Source: Enoplolaimus lenunculus
Taxonomy: Eukaryota
Assembly (NCBI GenBank): GCA_030248215.1
Contig: JASANG010001409.1
Span: 310,001-374,000 of the forward strand
Direction: 5' to 3'
Length of the DNA: 64,000 bases
Under the pieces are notes generated by a model. That model was not told the DNA's origin. It made no database searches and was given only the letters and a program-made list of their open reading frames with translations. Each line of letters begins with the position of its first letter. The first letter of the stretch is position 1. This document shows, one piece after another, positions 23,238 to 37,309 of the stretch. The translations under genes were made by a program, and so were the position numbers.

Positions 23238-26200
23238 ATACGAGCGAACACATTGAACGACTCAATTTATACGTTGAACGGCAAAAAATTCACCTCCTAA
23301 ATTGTCGTTAACTGCCGGTAAACATTCAACCGGAACCAGAGCTGGAAGTTGATTTTTTGCCGTAGACGGATGCGGATGCAGCCCTTCGGTTGCCGCTGTC
23401 ACTTAGAAATATGGTTTTAGTTTAATTGGCTCTCGTGTTTACTGTTGATAGTCTCGCCTAGGTTCTAGCGGAGCCTACGGCACGAAGGTTTGCCTAACCG
23501 CCGCACAAGCTAAAACCAGATAAACGCCCAAATAAACAAAACTGAAAATGTAACTATTTTCTAAACAGACGTCCTGGTGTCTAACCAATACTATGACTGC
23601 CTCTAAAGTAAAATTCGTCCACAAAACCGACTAATATTCTCTTTCTTCCTGTACAGTAACGGCCAAAAGATCAGATGCGAAACGTTTTTCTATATTGACT
23701 GCAATACAATTGCTTTGGACTAATTTTCTGCTTAGACTTAGGTTTAGGTATGCAGTCCATTTTTTCACTTGGGCTTAGGCTTAGGAATATGCTTATAATA
23801 CTGTTACGACCCTGTTCTATACATTGACCGCAATAAACAATCGAAATATCGCGTGCTAGAAAGCTATTTATGCTTCATCCAGCTTATGTATCGAAAGAAC
23901 GCCTATGGTCTACTTGTGCAATTATACTACTGTTATCTGTAAAAAAACCTACGTATATGTGTGTATGTGACATACTGTGAACCTCTATTCGTCTTAGATG
24001 TCGGCATTTGGTTATGACATTTCAATGAAACATATCTTTTTAAATATGCAATTCGAAAATTGTTTTTCAAAATTTGGCAATACCTGGTTGATTGGGTCAA
24101 AATTTTGACGTTTTAAATTAGTCCTACAATCAGGGCCCGACAAATGTGGTAGCACCTGTTACCAGTTGGTAATAGGTAACTTTCGAAACAGTGAATACTG
24201 AGGCTTAAAACTAAACACATTTTTCGCATATGATTTGCTCAACTCCTGTACCAATTTTGAGTGCAACAACTGCAATAGTTTGTGAGTTTGAAAACCTAAT
24301 TCTAACTGATGATAGTTGCTATATCTATTTATGAATATGGGCCCAGGGGTGTATAAAGGATAAGATTTCGGGTGAGGTTAAGTGTTCGTTTCCGTTTCGG
24401 ATATTGTCGTCAACCAGGGACTTTTGACTAAAAGGTGCCAAATTAATGCAAATCCTCACTTAGACAATTTCAATGGGAACAGTAATATTTGTTTGCGTGA
24501 TAACCATAGCTTTAGGTCTGGGCGTCCGTTGACCGGGTCCGTAGCTAGAACTTGATCAAAGTTTAGTTCGGCGTTTCTCCTCAAAATCATTCTTACGCGA
24601 GCGTACACCCGTCTCGTCCTGTTCGTCTATGGATCCGCTAGTGGCCGTCATACTAATTTACAGAGGAGTAAATTATATCATAATAATGTCGAAGTTTGCA
24701 AACGGAACGAAAAAGACATAATAACGTACTAGGCTTTAATCTGCTCTAAACAACTTTTTACGATGTCAATTAAGTCATATTTTAGTACAATTCTGACGCA
24801 AAAACTGCAAAGTGTATAAATTTTTTCTCAGAAAATGTTTACCATTTGCTTGTTTAAAACCTTGGCCCATATTCTAAAACGTGTATAGCAACTATTTACC
24901 AGTTAGTAATCGACTTTCAAGCTTGCTAACTATTGCAGTTGCTAAACTCAAAATTGGTACTGGAGTAGAGTAAATTAAATGCAAAAAAATGCATCAAATT
25001 TTGATCAGCAGCATTCACTGGTTCGAAAGTTACAAGACCTATCAGCGACTGGTGATAGATGCTACACACATTTGAGAATACGGTCCTTTATCACAAATAT
25101 CGTAGTGAAACTAAGTTGACTTTAGAGAAAAATATTAGAAGCTTAGTCCGACACCTCAAAATCGTTAAAACCCAAATTCACTATAGGTATTTATTATTAC
25201 TCACAACGCTTTCAAAACAACACACGCAGCCGTATCTCTATCTTTAAGCTAATTTTTCAGCCATATGGCTTTCTTTTATCAATTTCCCAAACAACAACAA
25301 TATAGATTAGATAAAATACACTGCAAAAAATGGTGAGTCAAATTGACACTATCCGAAATAGGCTCTACGGGACTACACAAACTGAATCATATTCGACACC
25401 GCCAAAGTCACATTACGTTTTAAGAGGAAACATTGTTCTCGAGGTAACATTGTTCTGCCCACCTATGACTAAGAACCCTGTTTAAGACATTGAATGCGCC
25501 GCTAAGTTAAGCTCACATCTTAGCTTACAATCTGATTCCAAATTTTAAGCATCAAACATGTCAATGTGTTATATTCTTTTATACTTTCAAATATTTGAAT
25601 CTTATCATATTTAAATAAAGCTATATATATATATATTTACGTACCATAACACTTAATTTTGAAGTTACCAAACATAATATGCTATTTAGGCTTGTGTACT
25701 GCTCAAACTTTTTAGAAAATATTGCAACCACGTTGACTAGTCTAAAAACACTGGATAAACCCCATTGATGATAAGAAAGCCGGCTTCAGGTTGAAATTTA
25801 ATAAAAGAATTGAAATATGATCATCATATTGATGTTAGCTATGTCCGAACGTAATAGCTTTTTAATAGAAGTTAACCTCAACTCTGACTCGTGCAAGTTT
25901 TTACAGCGACAAATTGCAGGTGCAAGATTTTCTAACCTATTTTATCGGAATTTGTAAGCGTCTAATTGACCAAAAACATACAATGTGGTGCAAGAATGCG
26001 AATTAAATGGCTTATATTGCTACTTTAAACAGTTTGCTTGGTACACTTATTTGAAATCAACGTAATGGGTTTCGAACATCTCATACGATTGCTAGTGCAC
26101 TTTAAATTCAGAACTCAGAATTCTGAATTGGTTAAATCAGCTCAGAGCGAGTTAATGTTTACTGTTATCAACTTAGAAATAATCAGAAATGTCCAATTCG

Positions 26201-27159
26201 TTCGCTGTGTTGATTATAGTCGTCAACTCACTGGAATTTACAGTATGTGCTCGCTGCAACACCTTGCCGCATGCGTGGATTGGGCGTTAGCTTTTTACGT
26301 CAAGTTCGTGACATCACGACACACCAGTACAGTACAATCGGCCTATCGCTAGATGTAGAATATAGGAATATAGCTCACACCCTTACTTCTCAATCTTAGG
26401 CTCTGACACAGTTTTCGTACAAGACTCGCCTGAAAACCAGGGTCCGAGCGACCACCCTCATACCCCCATTTGGGGCTCCTACCCTAAAGGGGTCCCCAGC
26501 CTAACCGGATGAAACAAAAACCGCCGAAGTTTTAAAATGCATTTGGCTTCTCGCACGCTTCACTCGAGAGCTTTGCGGACTCCACCCTGGAGTTTGTGGG
26601 AATCTCTCACCCTTGCCTGCTGCGGCACTGATAAATAGAATTTAAACCTACTCTCCTGGACGCCCCTAAAAGTAATATGAGATGCTCTTAAAACAGCTTA
26701 AGCAGCGTAGTTCTCTTTGAATATTAAAAGTCTGAACAGCATTTTCTTGCTTGCATCACAAAGTTCTAACCCATGCAGATATCAGACAAAACTTTACTTT
26801 CGGTGCCAGCCAGCAGCCAGAGACTGCCAAAGCGCTCATCCCACCCTGGAAAAATATTTGCCCCCAGAATCTTTTCAACCTTGCTTGTAAGTCATCTAAA
26901 ACCCCTTATATGCCCTTCCTGAAAAGTTTTGATCCCTTCCTAACAAGATGTGTCGGCGCTACCGGCGTGTTTTGTGTCTCAAACCTTGGCCCTTTACTAG
27001 CCTTAAGGTTAATCGTCTAGACCTGTACTTATCACCATGGTGATATATGTACCTCCCTTAAATACGTGAACTGACGCAATAATACTAAAAACAACAAATA
27101 AGTGACTGTTCAGCATATACCAAACCATAAATATAACTTCTAAGACAATCGTGAAAATC

Positions 27160-27319
27160 CGGACCCGTAGCCAACAAGGGGGCACTGGTGCTCAACCCCC
27201 TCTGAAGAAATTCTCTCCCAGAAAATTTTCAACCTTGCTTGCAACTCACTACAAACCCTTGAATGTCCCTGCTGAAAAATTCTTAGCCCCCCACACAAGG
27301 TGAGCTGGCTACGGGCCTG
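27160..27319 (-). mobile_element. Family F hAT-like MITE
   Basis: CGGACCCGTAGCC...GGCTACGGGCCTG; shared AAAATTTTCAACCTTGCTTG core. Confidence 0.85.
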
Positions 27320-27501
27320 GAAAAGTAACAGTATCAGTCAAAAAACAACGTCCTTTTACGTCAGCAATTTGATTTTCAACCAATCTTTCTAATTCTCTTG
27401 GAGATCTCGTTCAGAAGCCTATTTCCTTTCGCTACTAGCTATATCATCTATAAATAGAACATCTTAGGTTGTGCTCTACTATCACCATGCTAACCTCAGC
27501 T

Positions 27502-27593
27502 TATATATAATATATAAATATATGTAAATATATATAAATATATATATTATATATTTATAAATATATATATTATATATACATACATACATATAT

Positions 27594-27663
<70 letters not shown>
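27502..27663. repeat. (TA)n microsatellite (shorter one at 57346-57390)
   Basis: Direct read. Confidence 0.95.
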
Positions 27664-27667
<4 letters not shown>

Positions 27668-28316
27668 CATGAGACAATCTTTTAAAATGAAAACAAATAC
27701 CAGTAAGGCCGGAAACTGCATAGAATGTTTTCATGTCTGGGGTACATGTCCCAGAACGACACGGTGATGAAATGATTTTTGTTTTCACAGGATGTTGACG
27801 CTAAAATTCGCGTTTCAGTCTAAGAAGAAGTGTTGACACGTGAGCTTTGCTGTCAAGAGTAAAGTATTAAGTTTTGGCTTTATAGATGTTTCGTATTACA
27901 TTTACGCTAGCATACAGTTCGGTAAAATAGGTTGCCAGCGAAACGGTTTCGGAGGTCAACCCTTTTCGATCTTATCCGGAGGGTTTAAGGACTATTTCAG
28001 TTGGTAACGTAAGAAACCGGTTTGAACAAGGTTAAGCCTAAGCCCAAGCTTAAACGTAATGAGCTTAAACCTAAGCCTAAGTTCAATCCTAAAAAAGTTG
28101 GTCTAAAGCTTAAGTTTACTCTATTGCAGTGCCGCAGAAAAATGTTCCGCCTCTGATCTTTACATGCGCCTTTTAACTCGTAAAACATATAATCGACAAA
28201 TTGTTAACGATTATACTTGAAAAGCGCATTGGGGTTTCCTGATGAACAGGTATTTGGACTGGGGATGGAGATCCTGCATAGACGACGTCAACTGTATAAT
28301 TTACGGTCACCGTGTA

Positions 28317-28524
28317 CACTGTAAAAAATGGTGAGTCAAATTGACTCTCTCCGAAATAGGCTATTTCGGACTACGCTATCTGAGTCAAAATTCAACTCCC
28401 CAGAGTCAAATTCGATTCACTGAGTCACACGTTTAACTCTTGCGGAGTCAAATTTGACTCAGTTTGTGTTGTCCCAAAAGCCTATTTCGAAGAGAGTCAA
28501 TTTGACTCACCATTTTTTGCAGTG
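28317..28524. mobile_element. Family B palindromic MITE
   Basis: TA-CACTGTAAAAAATGGTGAGTC...GACTCACCATTTTTTGCAGTG-TA. Further copies about 25319-25410, 29073-29282, 30277-30463, 40184-40304. Confidence 0.88.
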
Positions 28525-29321
28525 TATGACTCTGGAGTTGAATTAAAATTGAGTCTAAAGAGTCATGTTCAATTCGTGGGGTCTCAGTAAAATATCATCG
28601 AAATTAAGTTGAACTGAATGAAATTCGTCGACCTTGTGTTTGACGCGTCAAGTTCGACTCACCGGATATCAAATTTAATTTGACAATCATGGATCATCCA
28701 CGTAATAATGCACGCATAGTTGTAAAAAATTGTTCACCATCCCATTTAGCACCAGTGTCAAAAAACGATGCTATAACAAGGGCCTGATGACAATACACAC
28801 CGTGTACTTAGATAGCCGGTTTTGTCCTGACAGTGTTCCAAGGGAGCAGGGACCAAACAGAGTCGCTCGGTAGGGACTACTGACAAGTAAAACATACTCA
28901 CTGTGTACAGTTTCAATTGGTCAATTTTTAACATTAAGCCTTTCCGGCTTATGGTATACACTAAGCAACCTCCCAAAATTTAATTTAAAGGTCAAATTGA
29001 AATTATTCGAGCGAAAAAATGTGAAGTTGTTTTTGCCTTCTGCAACAACTTTTCAAAGCTGACATAGCTACACATTGCAAAAAAATGATGATTCAAATTG
29101 ACTCTTTCGAAATAGGCTCTATGGGACTACACAAACTGAGTCAAATTCGACTAAGCCAGAATCAAGTTTGAGCCACTCAGTAGCACATTTGACTCTGGCG
29201 GATTCGAATTTGACTCAGTTTGTGTAGTCTCGCGGAGCCTTTTTCGAAGAGAATCAATTTGACTCACCATTTTTTTGCAGCGTACATATATCCTTGGGTA
29301 TAGCCACGATTTCAGTTTTGG

Positions 29322-29873
29322 AGTCAATGTAAAGAACAGGGGCGGAACAGTATTATAAGCATATTCCTAAACCTAAGCCTAAGCCTAAGCGTATGAATGA
29401 GCATATTCCTAAGCCTAAGTCTAAGCCTAAGCATAAGCCTTAGCGCATGAATGAGCATATTCCTAAGCCTAAGTCTAAGCCTAAGCCTAAGCCTAAGCGT
29501 ATGAATGAGCATATTCCTAAGCCTAAGTCTAAGCCTAAGCCTAAGCCTAAGCGTATGAATGAGCATATTCCTAAGCCTAAGTCTAAGCCTAAGCCTAAGC
29601 CTAAGCGTATGAATGAGCATATTCCTAAGCCTAATTCTAAGCCTAAGCCTAAGCCTAAGCGTATGAATGAGCATATTTCTAAACCTAAGCCTAAGCCTAA
29701 GCGTATGAATGAGCATATTCCTAAGCCTAATTCTAAGCCTAAGCCTCAGCATATGAATGAGCATATTCCTATGCCTAAGCCTATAAGCCAAGCAAAAAAA
29801 ATAGTCTAAGACTTAAACTTACTCTTTTCAAGTACCACAGAAAAACGTTCCTCCGCTGAAATTTACATGGGAC
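29322..29873 (+). mobile_element. Family A1 MITE with internal satellite (about 45-57-bp units)
   Basis: About 8 repeats of GCGTATGAATGAGCATATTCC(TAAGCC)n between A1 ends. Confidence 0.88.
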
Positions 29874-30537
29874 AAATTCGGTCACAGCTAAAAAAACAGC
29901 TTGCATACGGGTTTTGTGACAAGCGCCGTTAAGAATCTAACAATGTTAATATTCGAAGCAATCAGTTTTTACCGTTTTACCTTAACCAAATGTCGCAAAT
30001 TCGACTTTATGATAAAAATGCGGGTAAAAAAATCACTTAAACAAATTAGAACAAGTGATTAATGCCAAAAGACGTTAATGATAAATGAGTTAAAATGGCG
30101 TATATCCTAAGGTTTTTATGCAAAAAAATGTTAAAAATTATCAAATTTACAGTCATAAAGTACTAAAATGCAATGAGTTTGATAATTTAGCTTAACGTTT
30201 ATTACCGGTAGGATATTGTTGATTTAACAATCGATAAACTGTGTTGTTTAGAAATATTTGCCGCATTTATCGCCGCTCTGCTAAAAATGGTGAGTCAAAT
30301 TAACACTCTCCGAAGGATGCTCTACAGGACTGCACAAACTGAGTGAAACACGACTCCGCCAGAGTCAAACGTTCATCGCAGTGAGTCGAATTTAACTCAG
30401 TTTGTGTAGTCCCGTACAGCCTATTTCGGAGAGAGTCAATTTGACTCACCATTTTTTGTAGTGCAGTTAGTAATAATTAAATCGATTTTAAACGATTTTA
30501 TATATCGTTCTCATATGGGAACGGTCATAAAACTCAA

Positions 30538-30698
30538 GGCCCGTGTAAAGATCAGGGGCGGAACGTTTTTCTGTGGAACTGCAATAGAGTAAGCTTAAGC
30601 TTTAGACTAATTTTTTTGCTTGGCTTCGACTTAGGCTTATGCTTTAGGCTTAGGAATATGCTTGTAATACTGTTCCACTCCTGTTCTTTGCATTGGCC
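30538..30698 (-). mobile_element. Family A1 MITE (short, near consensus)
   Basis: Perfect TSD AAACTCAA. Confidence 0.92.
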
Positions 30699-31095
30699 AA
30701 ACTCAAGAAGAATGGAAAAATGGGAATGGACTGAAACGGAATATAATTGTTAATTGCGATATTCAGACTGGTTGCTGACTGCAAAGCTTCGCTGAACAGA
30801 TGCAGAGTCATAATGCAAGCGAGTATTTAAACATTCAAGAAATGACATATTCTCCAGTATTGGCCAACGAGGATGGTTAACGTAATTCACCATATCGGCA
30901 GTAAGTTTGTTTTCGGGTTTTCGTAGTACTGTAGTGATCCGAATAAGAAACAAGAGATAGGAATGATCCGTGATTTCGATTTGGAATCTGAATCAATATG
31001 AATCTATTTTCCTAATTAAAGTCGATAAATGAGTAGAGTTCAAAAATCCTAATTAGTCCATAAACGTCAATTACCTTAAGTAGATTGTGTATATA

Positions 31096-31508
31096 CTGTA
31101 TTGACCCGAATAAGAGGGGGGTAATAAGAGGGGGTCCCCATTTTGAGTCCCGTTCAATAGGAGTCCGAATCCCTAATAAGAGCCGTAAGCGGATAGAGTC
31201 CCTAAACCCTAACTAGAGTCCATAAATGTCAATTAACCTTAATTTTAGCGCATAAATGACTCCAAAAGCGTACTTAAGTTTTGAAAGTACGTTCCAACGT
31301 ATAACCTTGCATTATCGCTCAAGATATTGACACAGCACAAACAAACATTTAATACAACGGATAGTTGCAGTACCGGATATAAATCAGTAACGAAGGGTGG
31401 TGGAGTGTGGGTTAAAAATAAATAACAGTCCGTAACCGAATAACAAGGAGGGTACCCTCTGGAGAGACCAAACAAATATCAGTCCCACCTCTTATTCGGG
31501 TCAATACT
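31096..31508 (-). mobile_element. Family D MITE
   Basis: TA-CTGTATTGACCCGAATAAGAGG...CCTTATTCGGGTCAATAC. Confidence 0.85.
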
Positions 31509-31994
31509 ACTTCGATGGACCTAATTAATGCATAAGTAGCAATAACTCATGTGCAGGGTGGCTTCAAATTGACACGCTATTCCAAGTAATTAATAATTTG
31601 TGCATCTTGTCAATTCCTGAAGATTGACATTATTATAAATTTTGTGTGTAGTCTGAAATCGAATTGCACTTTTGGACACATTTGCACATGAGTTATGGTG
31701 GCTTCTGCATGAGTTCATACTAGCATTTGATTCATCACTCAAAGTATAATGTTATCTATATTCATATCAAAATACATTAAAAAATAAATATTCGTTATGA
31801 AATGATGTTAAGTACCACTGAAAATGACTGGCATAAGTTAAAGGCGCGTGGTCCTAACCTGGAACTGGATTGAGCAATAAATATTATTCAGGGACTAAAT
31901 AGCGAGCGAGAAATGTTCCTCAAGAGTGTCAAAATAAATATCAGTCACCGCTCTTATTCGAGTCACTACAGTAAGTGGTTTCCTTACAAAATGG

Positions 31995-32582
31995 GAACAA
32001 TGCTACTTTAGGGTGCGTAACAGCAAATTAAGCGTATTTCTAAGCCTAAGCCTAACCCTAAGCGTTGCAAAAATGTGTTCCTAAGCCTAAGCCTAAAACC
32101 TAAGCGTTGCAAAAGCGTATTCCTGAACCTAAGCCTAAGCATTGCAAAAATGTGTTCCTAAGACTGAGCCTAAGCCTAAGCGTTGCAAAAGCGTATTCCT
32201 AAGCCTAAGCCTAAAACCTAAGCGTTGCAAAAGCGTATTCCTAAGCCTAAGCCTAAACCTAAGCGTTGCAAAAGCGTATTCCTGAACCTAAGCCTAAGCA
32301 TTGCAAAAATGTGTTCCTAAGACTGAGCCTAAGCCTAAGCGTTGCAAAAGCGTATTCCTAAACCTAAGCCTAAGCCGAATCGTTGCAAAAATGTGTTCCT
32401 AAGCCTAAGCCTAAGCGTTGCAAAACCGTATTCCTAAGCCTAATCCTAAACCTTAGCGGTGCTAAAATTGCGTTTCTAAGCCAAAGCCTAAACCTAAGCA
32501 AAAAAATGTGTAATCTAGAATCTAAATCTACTCTTTTACGGCCACACCAGAAACCTGGACACCCCTTAAAGTAACATGGGTC
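31995..32582 (+). mobile_element. Family A2 MITE with internal satellite
   Basis: About 11 repeats of GCGTTGCAAAA..GT(A/G)TTCC(TAAGCC)n between A2 ends. Confidence 0.85.
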
Positions 32583-32782
32583 AAGCATAGTGTCATCGTT
32601 AAACTTCCTCGTTTACTCTAGGAAAAGTTTCTACTTTTATTGAAGCAATTTTGGTTTGACAAAAGTTATTTATTTGTCATCTGTCTATTTTCTCATCTAA
32701 TTACTTTTCCATAAATAAAACAAAACTTTTATTAGTATATATATAAACATGGCTTTAGGTTATTTTAAAACGGTAGACATAA

Positions 32783-33005
32783 GAGCCCATATTCTCAAAT
32801 GTGTGTAGCACCTATCATCAGTTAGTGCTAGGTCCTGTAACTTTCGAAACAGCGCATGGTGAGGTTCGAAATTCAACATATTGTTCACGTTTGGTTTGCC
32901 CTACGTCTGTACCAAATTTTGAGATATGCAATTGTAGATGTTCGTGAGTTTGAAAACCTATCGCTAACTGATGATAAGTTCTATACGCATTTGAGAATAT
33001 GGGCC
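32783..33005 (+). mobile_element. Family I MITE (G(A/G)GCCCATATTCTCAAATG TIR; Harbinger-like, tentative)
   Basis: About 20-bp TIR; homologs about 24133-24344, 24863-25086, fragment 4180-4253. Confidence 0.75.
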
Positions 33006-33430
33006 AAGATGTTAAAATATGAAACGGAACAGCGTCAACAGCGGCCATTGTATAGAACAGGGTCGTAACAGGAGTATAAGTATATTCCAAATCATAAGCT
33101 TAAGTCTAAGTGTTGCGCTATACTTGATGTCCGGCGCCGTTCGTCACCGTGTTTCACCCGTACGGCGCCGTCCGTTTCCGTATGTCACCATACTTTATCG
33201 TGCGTGAGGTATTTGCGTACGATAACACACGGTGACGGACGGCGCCGGGTGAGTTGCTTAATTAACTCAGAATGAATTGAATCAACACAGAATTCGGAGT
33301 TCTGATAGTCCTAACTCAGACAGAGTGATTCAACTCATTCTGAGTTAAAATCAATTCACTGAAATTTACAGTACATTGTGAACTTTTGACAAGCAATTTC
33401 CGTAGGTCCGTAGCCAGCTCACCATGTTTA

Positions 33431-33681
33431 CCCTGTAAATTCCAGTGAGTTGATTTTAGTTCAGAATGAGTTCAATCCACTCAAAGACCTAAGTTCTGAA
33501 TTAGGTGTTTCTGAACTCAGAAATTTGAATTCATCTAGGTAATCATCCTGAGTTAATTTCTCGACTCACCCAAAATGAAAATCAACTCAGAGTGAGTTAA
33601 TATCTCCTGTTACCAATTTAGAAATAGCCAGAAATCAAACTAATTCTCTCTCTGAATTGATTAAGCATAGAATTTACAGTG
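33431..33681 (+). mobile_element. Family C MITE nested in a family F element (about 33403-33795)
   Basis: F consensus is interrupted after CCAGCTCACC and resumes at ...TTTTTCAGGAG. Confidence 0.8.
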
Positions 33682-34080
33682 TTGGAGGTTACAAGTTTTT
33701 CAGGAGCGACATAAAACGTTTTCGGTGACATACGAGCAAGGTTGAAAATTTTCTACGGGGTGCTAAAAATTCTCCAAGGGAGCCTCAGCCACCCCTGTTC
33801 TCCGTTGACTACGTAATCCAATTTGCGTCGGAAAACATTCTGCAACAAAAGATACGCGATATTTAAGTATTCTGGCTAAAAACCACAACGACATTTCGCT
33901 CGTCTGATTCGATCGTAGTTGCAAATACTTGACGCAAGTCGCAGATCCTGTCTTTGGCAACCGCGTTCACAACAAAATTCGAATTCTCGACACACTTCAT
34001 TTTCGTAATTGGCAATGGCTTGCGATTGGCGTCGGCACTTTTTTGACAGATGCTAAAAATTACAACGGTACACGGTGACT

Positions 34081-34310
34081 CACTGTAAATTCCAACGAGT
34101 TAATTAATCAACTCAGACGGAAAGTTAGTTATTTTTGAGCTAATAACAGTAAACTTTAACTCACTCTGGGTAGTTGACTCCGGGTGAGTTGGTTAATTAA
34201 CTCTCAGAATGAATTGAATCAACTTAAAATTCTGAGTGCTGATAGTCCTAACTCAGACTGAGTGATTCAAATCATTCTGAGTTAAAATCAACTCACTGGA
34301 ATTTACAGTG
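34081..34310 (-). mobile_element. Family C MITE
   Basis: CACTGTAAATTCCA...TGGAATTTACAGTG. Confidence 0.85.
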
Positions 34311-34429
34311 ATGGGCAAAATGTTCCGAGAGAAAATGATGTTCGTAACGCCAGAAAATCAAGCTATATTAATACATATCAAAGCAAATGTTTGCGCCAAT
34401 GTTAACATTAAGTTGTATTTTGCATATAA

Positions 34430-35100
34430 TACGGGGTTCAGCTATAACCGGAGCTGGTAGGACACGGCTTGGCCCATGTTGATTGGACGTCAAACGTTAA
34501 AATTCGGGCTCTTACATTGGATCAACAGACAAAACTCGAATGTCATATGACATTAGCTTACAAACCACCTATCTTAAATGATCAATGTGTACAAGGGACG
34601 GTATGTCACGTGACAATGTTGGACATTTATACCAATATCATATGATATTCAAAAATTTCAACAAATACCATATGATATTCAGCGGACAGTGTAAACCTTT
34701 GGTGCTAATAAATGAATGAAAAGCTGGACGGCAGCGGTACAAATGTGCTTTAAATACCAAATACACGCCTGTAAAACGTATCCGACAAAAAATCGATTAA
34801 AATCACAGCTTCATAATTTAAAAATTCAAATTTCACATTCTAGTATCATATGATATTTAACAGGACAATTTGGGTATGTTACCTCAAGTATGCAGACGTT
34901 TGAAAACATATCGCATGATATTCGCAGACAATACCTCTAATATCATAATGCTGAAGAACAAAAGGTGACCTACACATAATAGCTGACAAATACGAATTTT
35001 TGAACACGATACGGCATCTACAAGCAGACAAAATCTTACCCAATAGTCTAATAGATACAAAACGTGTTCCATGTGCCCCAGTTATAACGTGAACCCCGCA
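34430..35100. mobile_element. Family J element, opposite orientation (internal fragment also about 60385-60720)
   Basis: Ends GTTATAACGTGAACCCCGCA; ATCATATGATATT motifs. Confidence 0.78.
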
Positions 35101-35282
35101 TCAGGCTAAATTATTACATAACAAAGCAAATATTTGCGTTAATGTTAATATTGAATTGTATTTTGCATGCAAAGAGTTATGCTTGCGTATGAAACAACAA
35201 ATGGATAAGACAATTTCAAAGCAACTAAATATTTGTTTTCAGACAATCTTTACAAATATTTTATTATTTCGTTTGTAGCCTA

Positions 35283-35536
35283 CACTGTAAATTTTAGTGA
35301 GTTGATTTTATCTCAGAATCAGTTGAATCACTCAGTCTGAGTTTGTACTATCAAAACTCAGAATTTTGAATTGATTCAATTCATTCTGAGTTAATTAACC
35401 AACTCACCCAGAGTCAACTCGACTCAGAGTCAGAATCAACTGAATTCAGAGTGGACTAATATTTACTGATATTTATTCAGAAGTAACCAACTCGCTATAG
35501 CTGAATTGATTAATCAATTCTTTGAAATTTACAGTG
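35283..35536 (+). mobile_element. Family C MITE
   Basis: TA-flanked. Further copies about 26100-26244, 33248-33372, 38397-38585, 44152-44403. Confidence 0.85.
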
Positions 35537-36031
35537 TACTAATTTTGACAAACGCTGTATCAGTCAGTTCCCTTGCATTGTGGCGTACGTTGCCATTTCT
35601 CGTTGGGCTGGTTGAAAATTGAGCCAATCAAAAACGGAAGGTTTTAGGCATTTTTGCGCACCGCAGATTCAGAGTAATGCGGCTTGCTAATTGGTCAATG
35701 ATTGGTAGGTTATATCAAAATACCAGAGCCGATTTTTATAGCCCATTCAGCTCAGCTTTCAACTAAAGTCTAAGCCTAAACCTGAACATATTCATAAGCG
35801 ATTTGAATAATCGGGCTGACGTTGGCATAAATATTGTTGCAGAATTTTGGTACTTTATTTAAAACATTTTGCTTAAAATTTCAAGTAAAATTTATAAAAA
35901 CACACCAGAACCACGTTAATTTAGCTATTACTTACTTCATCGCCTTCTGCAAATTGAGCAATCAAAAGACAAGTAATACCAACAATTAACCATATTTTAG
36001 ACATTTTAATAAGACTATTTTTAAATTAAAC

Positions 36032-36343
36032 CAAGAGTCGATAGTTATTCTTTTACAAGAGTATGCAACTGGATACATTCTGTGTAGATAAAATGTACCC
36101 GGCACGTGTTGCGTTTTTGCCCTACCCCCTTTTATTTTGATGGTGGTACAACCGGTGCGAACCATGACACGTTATGTATGCGGCGTCAAACATACTCCCC
36201 GTATATGTTAATTTAGGGGTATTCATGTGATAGCGACCCCCCTCTAAACAAGGGAGGGTCGGCCAAAAACGCAACGTCCGGTGGTACATTTTGCACCATG
36301 CGGGACTCTAAGAGTTGCACACTCTTGTTATTATCCACTCTTG
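36032..36343 (+). mobile_element. Family H MITE (third copy about 521-800)
   Basis: Collinear with 22932-23237; flanks ATTAAAC/ATTCAAT. Confidence 0.75.
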
Positions 36344-36410
36344 ATTCAATCAATCACAATACAAGGAATTAAACATTTGCATTGCCAAGCATGAGAATAT
36401 ACAAAAAGGG

Positions 36411-36611
36411 GAACCATGTTACTTTAAGGGTCGTCCAGATTTCTGGTGGTTCCATAAAAGAGTAGGTTTAGATTCTAGATTGCATTTTTGTGCTTAGGCT
36501 TAAGCTTAGGCTTAGGCTTAGGCTTAGGAACTCATTTTGCAGCGCTTAGGCTTAGGCTTAGGCTTAGGAATACGCTAATCTACTGTCACGCCTTTTAAAG
36601 TAACATTGGCC
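36411..36611 (-). mobile_element. Family A2 MITE
   Basis: Perfect TSD AAAAAGGG. Confidence 0.9.
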
Positions 36612-37309
36612 AAAAAGGGGATATTTTTCAAAAATACTGGAGATACGTAAAGAGCCATTTGTGTAGACATCGGGATCATGCTGGACTGTAATAATCCTCA
36701 AAAATTTTCACGTTCGCTACGCTCGCTTATTAGGACTATTTCACACGAAGTTATTATAAATCAATGAATGAAATCAAATCTGGAACCGGTTTGGTGACCG
36801 GATATCTTAGGTTGTTTCCAACGGCATAATTACTGATCTAAACCAAACAATTTAGTGTACTGAGTTTATGGATCATCCACGTAATAATACCGCGCGTAGT
36901 TGTAAAAAATTGTCCACCCACCACCTTAGGACCAGTGTCAAAAAACGATGCTATAACGAGGGCCTGATGACACTACACACCCTGGATGACTCATTGCCAG
37001 GTGATGCTTTAAAACTTAACAATTGGCAACGATGTTGAACAAAAATAAATTAAAATTGAAAAAAAATAATATATTTAGTATATTTGAAAATTACGCTTAA
37101 AGCTGTAGCGGGTTAATAGATTTTTTGAACGGCGCAGAAACCTCTTTACCAAACGGCCGCAATATTACCCAAACAAACTCGGCTTGAAAATGCTTGTGTG
37201 GCCTGGTAACTTTCGAATAAGCTAAATATTAACTTTTTATTTTATTACCGTTTCTCACACGAATATTTACTATTCTGTATAACAGCAAATTTCCAGCCAG
37301 AATCGGAAT

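Noticed and set aside
27482..27788. YIYIYI ORFs
   Set aside because: Translation of the (TA)n microsatellite.
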